64,000 bases of DNA from Hungatella sp. UBA5385 (GTDB taxonomy: Bacteria > Bacillota > Clostridia > Lachnospirales > Lachnospiraceae). The notes under the pieces were generated by a model. That model made no database searches, was not told where the DNA came from, and saw nothing but the letters and a program-made list of their open reading frames with translations. The translations under genes and the position numbers were made by a program. Location: positions 49,692-113,691 of the forward strand of contig DHOR01000028.1 of the NCBI GenBank assembly GCA_002409995.1, in the 5' to 3' direction. Shown here piece by piece: positions 17,260-25,141 of the stretch. How positions within the stretch are numbered: position 1 is the stretch's first letter; each line of letters begins with the position of its first letter.

Positions 17260-18981
17260 ATGAGGATATATGGGGGAGATCCTGTATCAAAAGGTATTGC
17301 AGCAGGAAATGTTTATAAATATGTTCCTTATGAGGCTGATGTGGAGCAGAACCAGATTTCTCCTGATCAGGCGGAAGAGGAAGTAAGGAACTACAGAAAG
17401 GCAGTGGCGGGAGCGGAAGCGGAGCTGGCTTCCATGAGGGAGGCATTTTCCCGGGAGGGATCAGATCAGGGCGCTATTATTGGGGCTCATATGGAGATTT
17501 TAAATGATCCGGCACTTGAGGAAATGGTGACAGGATTTATCCGGGCTGAACTGCACAATGTAAAATGGGCCATTGACCGTTCCTTTACAAAGTTTATAAA
17601 AATGCTGAGCCGGGTGAAAGATGATATGATCCGGGAGCGGATTGCAGATATGAAGGATGTGAGAAACCGGCTATTGCGTAACTGCGATGGCGTGGAAGAG
17701 AGGAATCTGGGAGCGTTGACAAAGCCTGTCATAGTGGCTGCAAAGGATTTGTTCCCCTCTGACACAGCTTCTTTAAACAGAAACATGGTAAAGGCAATTG
17801 TTACAGAGACAGGAGGGGCAACCTCTCATACTGCTATTATTGCCAGAAGCTATGAGATTCCTGCTCTTCTGGGAGTTGCAAATGTTATGGAGCTTTTGGA
17901 AGACGGAGAGTGGATTTGTGTTGATGCCATTGATGGGATTCTTGCGGCAGATATGGACTCTGAAAAGATAGAGGAATATAGGGAAAAGGCTGAAAAGTAC
18001 CGTATAAAAACATTGGAAACAAAAAAGTATCTGAAGGTTATGCCTGTAACCTTAGATGGTGTCCCCATTGATGTTGAGTTGAATATTGGTTCTGCTTCTG
18101 AGGAGGAATTGGAGGCAGCAGCTTATACAGACGGAGTGGGTCTGTTCCGATCGGAGTTTTTGTATATGGGAAGAGACCGCCTGCCTTCCGAAGAGGAACA
18201 GACAGAAATTTACACCAGAGTGTTAAAGGCTTTTGGAAACAGACCTGTGACTCTCCGAACCTTGGATATAGGGGGAGATAAGAATCTGGATTATATGGAG
18301 CTTCCTAAGGAAGAGAATCCATTTCTGGGCAATCGGGCGCTGCGGCTTTGCTTTACCTATCCTGATATTTTAAAAACTCAGCTTCGGGCAGCGCTTCGGG
18401 CGGCAGTGGCTGGAAATCTATGGGTAATGTTTCCCATGGTGGGGAGTATGGAGGATATCAGGAAAGCCAAAGCATTGGTGAAAGAGGCACAAAGTGAACT
18501 TACTGAGGAGCAGTTTTCCTATGGAGAGATTAAAATTGGAATTATGATAGAGATTCCCTCCATTGCCTTGATTGCTGACATGGCTGTAAAAGAAGTGGAT
18601 TTTGCAAGTATCGGAACCAATGATCTCTGCCAGTACACTCTGGCTGTAGACCGGATGAATCCGTCAGTCAGCAAGTATTACCAGAAATATCATCCTGCTA
18701 TGTTTCGCCTCATCGGTCACATTGTAAAGACTTTTAATGATGCAGGAAAACCCATCTGCGTATGCGGAGAACTTGGGGGAGATGAACTTGGTGCTGCTGT
18801 ACTTATGGGGCTTGGCATGAGGAAGTTGAGCATGGGACAGGCGTCTGTTGCCCAGACGAAGAAAATGATTACGAAAATGACAATGCAGCGTGCTGAGCTA
18901 ATTGCAGAAACTGTCTGTAATCTATCTACAGAGGAAGAGATTGTTAATTATTTAACTGAAGCGCTTGCAGATATTTTATAG
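17260..18981 (+). CDS. ptsI: Phosphoenolpyruvate-protein phosphotransferase (PTS Enzyme I)
   Basis: The start was placed after the hairpin (MRIYGGDPVSKGIAAG). The phospho-His context is GGATSHTAIIARS, and the PEP-utilising C-terminal motifs GTNDL and CGELGGD are present. Confidence 0.9.
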   Translation: MRIYGGDPVSKGIAAGNVYKYVPYEADVEQNQISPDQAEEEVRNYRKAVAGAEAELASMREAFSREGSDQGAIIGAHMEILNDPALEEMVTGFIRAELHNVKWAIDRSFTKFIKMLSRVKDDMIRERIADMKDVRNRLLRNCDGVEERNLGALTKPVIVAAKDLFPSDTASLNRNMVKAIVTETGGATSHTAIIARSYEIPALLGVANVMELLEDGEWICVDAIDGILAADMDSEKIEEYREKAEKYRIKTLETKKYLKVMPVTLDGVPIDVELNIGSASEEELEAAAYTDGVGLFRSEFLYMGRDRLPSEEEQTEIYTRVLKAFGNRPVTLRTLDIGGDKNLDYMELPKEENPFLGNRALRLCFTYPDILKTQLRAALRAAVAGNLWVMFPMVGSMEDIRKAKALVKEAQSELTEEQFSYGEIKIGIMIEIPSIALIADMAVKEVDFASIGTNDLCQYTLAVDRMNPSVSKYYQKYHPAMFRLIGHIVKTFNDAGKPICVCGELGGDELGAAVLMGLGMRKLSMGQASVAQTKKMITKMTMQRAELIAETVCNLSTEEEIVNYLTEALADIL

Positions 18982-18998
18982 ATAAAAGGAGACTGAAC

Positions 18999-19271
18999 AT
19001 GGTTAAAAGAACAACGGTTATTAAAAATAAAACAGGGCTTCATGCCCGTCCTGCTTCAGATTTTGTGCAGGCAGCATCAAAATTTAAATCTAATATTTCC
19101 ATCTGCAGAGTGGGAGAGGAAGATGATGAGGTAAATGCAAAAAGTATTATATTTCTTCTGTCCTTAGGGCTGTGTCAGGGAGATGAGGCTGTAGTAAGCG
19201 CCAGCGGCGAAGATGAACAGGAGGCTGTGGATTATCTGGTTGAACTGATTGAATCCGGTTTTGGAGAATAG
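18999..19271 (+). CDS. ptsH: Phosphocarrier protein HPr
   Basis: The product is 90 aa with RBS AAAGGAGA. The His-15 context GLHARPA and the regulatory Ser context NAKSI are present. Confidence 0.9.
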   Translation: MVKRTTVIKNKTGLHARPASDFVQAASKFKSNISICRVGEEDDEVNAKSIIFLLSLGLCQGDEAVVSASGEDEQEAVDYLVELIESGFGE

Positions 19272-19287
19272 GAAAGGCTGATTGTCT

Positions 19288-19827
19288 ATGAGAATGGTGT
19301 TTAAATTTAAAATGTCAATTGATGATTATCATCATATGCTGATGTGCAGAACATTTGGAAATTCCCGGATCAGGCGTGGACTGCTGTTTATCAGCTGGGT
19401 AGTATTCACTGTACTTATTATCTGCGATCTTACTCATGTGCTGACACTTAGCCGGGTTGTTCATGTATGTGCCCTGATGGTGGCGGTGGCAGTGCCTGCA
19501 GCTTTTGTGACTATGGAAGTCAATGTATCGAAATACAAGGATGCCTATAAAGAGGGATTTAAAGCAGAACGCCAGATTATTGCAGATGAGGAAGGGCTTA
19601 CTTTCTGCAATCGTTCAACTGATGAATCAGGAAGCAACCCATGGACTGACGTGACCCGGCTGGAGGAGATGAAAAATGTATTTGTTATCCAGTTAAACCG
19701 GAGGGAGGCAGTGATTCTTCCGAAGCGGGGGATGGGAAATGACAAGAAGATAGAGATGTTTCGGGATCTGGCTAAGCAGAAGATTCCCAATCGGTTTTAT
19801 CCTTTGAAAGAAAGGGTGTTCCGTTGA
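19288..19827 (+). CDS. YcxB-like membrane protein (hypothetical)
   Basis: Two TM segments are followed by a YcxB-type C-terminal pattern (VFVIQLNRREAVILPKRGM). The family call is from memory of the motif. Confidence 0.5.
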   Translation: MRMVFKFKMSIDDYHHMLMCRTFGNSRIRRGLLFISWVVFTVLIICDLTHVLTLSRVVHVCALMVAVAVPAAFVTMEVNVSKYKDAYKEGFKAERQIIADEEGLTFCNRSTDESGSNPWTDVTRLEEMKNVFVIQLNRREAVILPKRGMGNDKKIEMFRDLAKQKIPNRFYPLKERVFR

Positions 19828-19847
19828 TGTATAAAAGCCGGAATCCA

Positions 19848-20642
19848 TTATGGATTCCAGCTTTTGTTTTCCGGCTGATCAGAGCGGGCTTCATAGATTT
19901 CCACATTGTGCTTTGCAAGGAAATCCAGCCACTGAATGCTAAGCTTGCGGTCTGTGATAATACCTGTAATATGCTCAAAGTCTGTAATATGGATAAAAGA
20001 GGTTTTGTCAAACTTGGAAAAGTCGGCTACAACATAAACCTCTTTGCTTCGTTCAATCAGAGATTGACGGACTGCTGCAACTGATTCCAGAGAATCTGTA
20101 ATTCCGTGTTCCATGGAAAGGCTGCGGCAGGACATGAAAGTCTTGTCCAGGTAATAGGTAGTCAGGCTGGCGCTGGTGCTGAGACCATGAAACGCTTTAT
20201 CTCTTGGAGTGTAATTGCCTCCAATGCAGACAAGATGGATGTTGGGAATTTCGCACAGTTCGTTGACTACCAGAAGGGAATTGGTAACAACGGTCAGACG
20301 CATATCGCTGACTGCTTTTGCTATGGCAAGGGCAGTTGTGGAGGAATCCAAAAAAATGGAGTCTCCATTGTGGATAATCTGACGGCATCGGTTGGCAATG
20401 GCTTGTTTACTTTTTATAAAGGTGGTTTCACGAAGTGAAAGATCTACATTGTTCTCTACACCATCCTGAATAAAAGCTCCGCCATAGGTTCGGATTAAAA
20501 AGCCTTCTCCCTCCATTTGCTTTAGATCTCTGCGGATGGTTTCTTCAGTTACAGAAAATAATTTTGCTAGTTCTGTAACAGTGACACTCTTTTTCTCCAG
20601 TATAAGGTCCCGGATTTCGGATTTTCGTGTAATGGCAAGCAT
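19848..20642 (-). CDS. DeoR family transcriptional regulator
   Basis: The start is at MLAITRKSEIRDLILEKKSVTVTELAKLF, preceded by GGAGA. A DeoR HTH is followed by a DeoR-C sugar-phosphate-binding domain (IFLDSSTT, VVTNS). Confidence 0.85.
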   Translation of the reverse strand: MLAITRKSEIRDLILEKKSVTVTELAKLFSVTEETIRRDLKQMEGEGFLIRTYGGAFIQDGVENNVDLSLRETTFIKSKQAIANRCRQIIHNGDSIFLDSSTTALAIAKAVSDMRLTVVTNSLLVVNELCEIPNIHLVCIGGNYTPRDKAFHGLSTSASLTTYYLDKTFMSCRSLSMEHGITDSLESVAAVRQSLIERSKEVYVVADFSKFDKTSFIHITDFEHITGIITDRKLSIQWLDFLAKHNVEIYEARSDQPENKSWNP

Positions 20643-20918
20643 GATTTGTCTCCTTTTTTTCATTTTTAACAAGGAATTTTCTTTTATTATAACATAAAGA
20701 TTTTGATTTCGATACAAGAATGTAACAGAAAACGCAAAAACTGGACAGTTAATTGAAAAAACATGGTTTTTATTCCTTGAAAGTCAAAAAAAGTTAATAA
20801 AACAACATTTCAAATCAACAAAACCAATAACATAACACATAACATTGACTTTGGTAAGGAGGTTTCTTTGGTTCATGAATATAAGAAATAAGCTAATAGA
20901 AAGTGGGGGAGAAGAATT

Positions 20919-21722
20919 ATGATGATAAAAGAAGAAAATAGTTATCTGACAGATGAGGAAGCTAAACAAGCTGTTTTAGACGTGGGAAAGCGTATGTATG
21001 ACCGGGGGTTTGTAGCTTCCAATGATGGAAATATCAGTGTAAAAACAGGACCGGAAACCATATGGGCAACACCTACCGGTGTATCAAAAGGCTTTATGAC
21101 AGAGGATATGCTGGTGAAGATGAATATGAATGGGGAGGTTTTAGAAGGAAAGATGAAGCCGTCATCTGAGATTAAAATGCACCTTCGGGTGTATAAGGAA
21201 AATCCTGATGTGCAGGCTGTCACTCATGCGCATCCTCCCATGGCTACTTGCTTTGCCATTGCAGGAAGACCGCTTGATGCAGCCATTCTGACAGAGGCAA
21301 TACTTAGCCTTGGAACGGTTCCTGTAGCAAAATATGCCACCCCAGGAACTGAGGAGGTGCCTGATTCCATTGCCCCCTTTGTAAATCATTACAATGCTGT
21401 TCTTCTGGCAAATCATGGAGCGCTTACATGGGGGCGGAATATCTATCAGGCTTACTACAGGCTGGAGTCTGTTGAATATTATGCCACGATTTTAATGTAT
21501 ACAGGCAATATTATCGGACAGCAGAATCATTTGTCCAGTGATCAGGTGGACAGACTTCTGGAGATTCGTAAGAATATGGGAATTACTGCAGGCGGAATTC
21601 CTCCTGGTATGGGAGATGGGGAAGGGATTTTTGCTTCTGGGCAGAACAGGGAGATGGGACAGAATAGAGAGGGGATCATTGAAGAGATAGTAAGGCGGGT
21701 ATTGAAGGAGCTGAATATTTAA
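20919..21722 (+). CDS. Class II aldolase/adducin-family protein (FucA/AraD/MtnB-like) with ~50-aa C-terminal extension
   Basis: RBS is GGGGGAGAAG. The motifs NDGNISV, SSEIKMHLRVY, HAHPP and LLANHGALTWG are present. The protein is 267 aa, versus about 215 aa for typical family members. Confidence 0.8.
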   Translation: MMIKEENSYLTDEEAKQAVLDVGKRMYDRGFVASNDGNISVKTGPETIWATPTGVSKGFMTEDMLVKMNMNGEVLEGKMKPSSEIKMHLRVYKENPDVQAVTHAHPPMATCFAIAGRPLDAAILTEAILSLGTVPVAKYATPGTEEVPDSIAPFVNHYNAVLLANHGALTWGRNIYQAYYRLESVEYYATILMYTGNIIGQQNHLSSDQVDRLLEIRKNMGITAGGIPPGMGDGEGIFASGQNREMGQNREGIIEEIVRRVLKELNI

Positions 21723-21728
21723 ATAAAA

Positions 21729-21776
21729 ATAGCTTTTAAAGGCGGAAAATTCTTCGCATTTAAAAGCTATTTTCTA
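21729..21776. terminator. Bidirectional terminator between convergent genes
   Basis: ATAGCTTTTAAA / TTTAAAAGCTAT form a perfect 12-bp stem, flanked by A-runs upstream and T-runs downstream. Confidence 0.75.
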
Positions 21777-21777
21777 T

Positions 21778-22752
21778 TTACTGATATGTCAGATTCATAA
21801 TGATCCCCTGAGGGTGATCCCCATATTTTTCGCCGAATAAATTTATTCCTCCCACATGCTTTGCATCATCCTTGACAGCAATTCGAAATGCTATAAATGG
21901 CTGGTCATCAATAGCAATATCCCAAAGCTTTACATCTGGATTAATCAGCTTCCCATCCAGATAACTTCCATTTTCTCTGACAGAAACAGTTTTTAAAATC
22001 CCGTACTGTGTGCTTCCGTTTGGCCAGGAGGGCGGTGTCAGCTTCCCTCTTCTGGCTCCGTAATCTCCAGGTGAGCAGTAGGTTCCGATCTCTTTGTTGT
22101 TAATATAAAGAGTGATGTCTGAAGGCCAGTTTTCCAGATAACCAGGGGCTTCAGAGCAGATTTCCAGGCAAAAGGACAATTCGCTTAAGTCAAGCTGCTG
22201 ATTGTTTAAGTTGGGGAATCTGTACTCAATGAATCCCTTATGGAACCATATAAGCTGAGCCTTGGTCCGGGCGGGAGAATAGAAAGAGCGGATAGCATCG
22301 TAAGTATCAATGGGTCCGCTTTCATCTGCCAGTCCGCAGGTGGGAGTGATATCGCAGTTATAGTAGTTACCAATTGGCATATCCATGGTGATGGTTCTGT
22401 TTACGGAGTCAATGGCAGAATCAAAGGTTTCCAGATAAAAGGACTGAAGGCTACAGGTACATACCCGCATAGAACCCCGAATCCCGGGCTGGCTCTCAGT
22501 GACTACCATTTGAGCCTGTTCCAGAGTTTTTATATGGAGAGCAGCAGAGGACAGAGGGATGTCCAGCATGGAGGCGATCTCTTGAAGAGATCTTACGTTG
22601 TTTCTTAATATACTAAGAATCTCCAGACGTATAGGGGAGGACAGGGCTTTGCCGATTTTCACGATAGAATCACGGTGAGATGGATTGCTTAGGTGAAGTC
22701 GAATGTTCCTTTCTCCAATAATTCTCACAGTACGTTTTTCACGATAAGACAT
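21778..22752 (-). CDS. ArsR-family HTH regulator with large (~230 aa) C-terminal domain of unknown function
   Basis: The start is at MSYREKRT, preceded by AAAGGAG. The ArsR wHTH is LSSPIRLEILSILRNNVRSLQEIASMLDIPLSSAALHIKTLEQA. Confidence 0.7.
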   Translation of the reverse strand: MSYREKRTVRIIGERNIRLHLSNPSHRDSIVKIGKALSSPIRLEILSILRNNVRSLQEIASMLDIPLSSAALHIKTLEQAQMVVTESQPGIRGSMRVCTCSLQSFYLETFDSAIDSVNRTITMDMPIGNYYNCDITPTCGLADESGPIDTYDAIRSFYSPARTKAQLIWFHKGFIEYRFPNLNNQQLDLSELSFCLEICSEAPGYLENWPSDITLYINNKEIGTYCSPGDYGARRGKLTPPSWPNGSTQYGILKTVSVRENGSYLDGKLINPDVKLWDIAIDDQPFIAFRIAVKDDAKHVGGINLFGEKYGDHPQGIIMNLTYQ

Positions 22753-22970
22753 TATGGGCTCCTTTCTTTCAGTTTTCATCTTTTGCTGATGAAAAATACT
22801 ATGTATTAATTTTATAAAATATGTAATAAAAAAGCAACTCATACAATTAAATGTATTAAAATTTGTGATAAAGTAACGAAGAATATATAAAAACTAAAAC
22901 AAGTATTGTAAAAAAAGCCGAATTAATATAATATAAAATATATAACAAATAGAAAAAGGGAGGAAACAAA

Positions 22971-23114
22971 ATGAAGAAACTATTTACATTCATTGTGGCT
23001 GCAGTTATGGTTATGTCTTTAACTGCCTGCGCAGGCGGAACAAAAGAGGCAGCTGAAACAACGGCTGCAGAGAACAGCACTGGCAGTCAATTATTATGGG
23101 AGGGCTGGTTTTGA
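22971..23114 (+). CDS. 47-aa lipoprotein-like small ORF (possible remnant of a binding-protein gene)
   Basis: RBS GGGAGGAAACAAA precedes ATG 22971. The product is MKKLFTFIVAAVMVMSLTAC (lipobox LTAC) + AGGTKEAAETTAAENSTGSQLLWEGWF, with stop at 23112..23114. It is not in the ORF track because it is under 60 aa. Confidence 0.4.
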   Translation: MKKLFTFIVAAVMVMSLTACAGGTKEAAETTAAENSTGSQLLWEGWF

Positions 23115-23181
23115 TATCCATAGGGGTTCAGTCCGAAGTATTTCAAAATATAAAAATCAGGAAAAAGCAGGTGGGATAATC

Positions 23182-24951
23182 ATGGAACAACTAGTTACTA
23201 GATGGGGGAAAGAGATTGATAAAGACAAGGTTCTGCCGGAGTATCCCCGTCCGGGACTTGTAAGAGACAGTTATTATAATTTAAATGGTGAATGGGACTA
23301 CTGTATCAATGATTCCCCAGAGACCAATACTTATGATGGGAAAATACTTGTTCCTTTTTCTCCGGAAACATTCCTGTCCGGTGTAAACCAGATTGTAAAA
23401 CCGGAACAGTATCTTCATTATAACAAGGAGTTTTCCCTTTCGGAAGGATTTGTAAAAGACCGGGTGATACTGCATTTTGGTGCAGTAGATCAAGAGTGTA
23501 AGGTATATTTAAATGGGAAATTCCTTGGAGAGCATAAAGGGGGGTACCTGCCTTTTAACTTTGACATTACAGAAGTTCTTCAGGAGAAAAATCAGCTGAA
23601 GCTATCCGTCATTGATAAGACAGAGCATCTGCCTCATGCAAGGGGCAAACAGAAGCTTCTGAAAAAAGGGAAATATAGCTCTTTGTTTTATACCCCTCAA
23701 AGCGGGATTTGGAAAACTGTATGGCTGGAAAGTGTGGAGAATGTTTATATTCAGGATATTAAGATCACCCCAGTGTATGATGAAAGCTGTGTTAGATTTT
23801 TAATTAAATCAAATGAAAAGAATCAGAAGGTATATCTAACTGTATATGAAGAAGGAAATACTCTGAAAGAAGCTGAGGGAGAGACAGACCGTGATATTGT
23901 GGTCAAACTGGAGGATTTTAAATCCTGGTCTCCGGACAATCCATTTCTTTACAATATAAAAATCAGGCTTGGACAGGATGAGGTTACCTCTTATTTTGGA
24001 ATGCGGAAGTTGTCAACAGGCAGGGATAAGAACGGTACACTAAGATTCTTTTTAAATAATAAACCCTACTTCTTTAATGGAGTTCTGGATCAGGGTTACT
24101 GGCCGGAAAGTCTTATGACAGCTCCCAGTGATGAAGCTCTCAAATACGATATTATTAAACTGAAGGAAATGGGTTACAACACCATCAGAAAACATATTAA
24201 AATAGAACCTGAACGTTTTTACTATCACTGTGATAAGCTGGGAATGATTGTGTGGCAGGATATGCCCAATGGAGGCGGAGATTATAATATGGTTTTCGTT
24301 ACATATTTGCCTAATGGTCTTCCTTGGTTTGGCAGAAATATAAAGGATGATCACTATAAAATCTTTCGAAGAGAGGATGAGGAAGGGAAAAAACAGTATT
24401 ATAGAGATCTTGATGATATGGTTTCAACCCTTTACAACTATCCCAGCATTGCAGTTTGGGGCCCTTTTAATGAAGGCTGGGGGCAGTTTGATGCAGGAAG
24501 AGCAACTGAGGCAATCAGGAAGCTGGACGATACAAGACTGATTAATGAAGCATGCGGCTGGTATGATCAGGGAGGCGGAGATATGTACAGCATTCACAAC
24601 TATATCCGCAAACTGAAGGTAAAACCTCAAAGTGACAGGGTGGTTGCCCTGACAGAATATGGCGGTTATGCCTATCCGGTAAAGGGCCATATGGCGTGTG
24701 CCAAAGAGTTTGGCTATCAGCATTATCACTCTGTAGAGGAGCTGACCGTTAATTATAAAAGATTGTGGGAAGAGGAGATTTTCCCAAATCTTCATAAGGG
24801 ATTAAGTAGTGCCATCTATACGCAGACCAGTGATATCGAAGAAGAGGTCAATGGAGTTATGACCTATGACAGAGAAGTGGATAAGATGGATATTAAAAAG
24901 GTACAGGAGCTTAATCAAAAGCTTTATAAAATATTTGAAGAGCTTACCTAA
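23182..24951 (+). CDS. Glycoside hydrolase family 2 protein
   Basis: The N-terminus is GH2-type (LPEYPRPGLVRDSYYNLNGEWDY). A sugar-binding domain (KVYLNGKFLGEHKGGYLPF) and TIM-barrel motifs (NTIRKHIK, WQDMPNGG, NEGWGQFD) are present. Confidence 0.8.
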   Translation: MEQLVTRWGKEIDKDKVLPEYPRPGLVRDSYYNLNGEWDYCINDSPETNTYDGKILVPFSPETFLSGVNQIVKPEQYLHYNKEFSLSEGFVKDRVILHFGAVDQECKVYLNGKFLGEHKGGYLPFNFDITEVLQEKNQLKLSVIDKTEHLPHARGKQKLLKKGKYSSLFYTPQSGIWKTVWLESVENVYIQDIKITPVYDESCVRFLIKSNEKNQKVYLTVYEEGNTLKEAEGETDRDIVVKLEDFKSWSPDNPFLYNIKIRLGQDEVTSYFGMRKLSTGRDKNGTLRFFLNNKPYFFNGVLDQGYWPESLMTAPSDEALKYDIIKLKEMGYNTIRKHIKIEPERFYYHCDKLGMIVWQDMPNGGGDYNMVFVTYLPNGLPWFGRNIKDDHYKIFRREDEEGKKQYYRDLDDMVSTLYNYPSIAVWGPFNEGWGQFDAGRATEAIRKLDDTRLINEACGWYDQGGGDMYSIHNYIRKLKVKPQSDRVVALTEYGGYAYPVKGHMACAKEFGYQHYHSVEELTVNYKRLWEEEIFPNLHKGLSSAIYTQTSDIEEEVNGVMTYDREVDKMDIKKVQELNQKLYKIFEELT

Positions 24952-24952
24952 T

Positions 24953-24998
24953 AGAGAAAGGTGCAGAAAAATTTACTGATTTCTGCACCTTTCTCTTA
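24953..24998 (+). terminator. Terminator hairpin after GH2 gene
   Basis: AGAGAAAGGTGCAGAAA / TTTCTGCACCTTTCTCT form a perfect 17-bp stem. Confidence 0.7.
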
Positions 24999-25141
24999 AT
25001 GTCATACTATTCACTCAATTCTCCTCATATATTGAAATGCTTTGTGACAGCTTATTCAACAATTAAATATTGATAGTCAATGAAGAATCCTGTATTCTAT
25101 AAATAAACTGCAAATACAGGAACCGGAGGTGAGTTCAGAAT

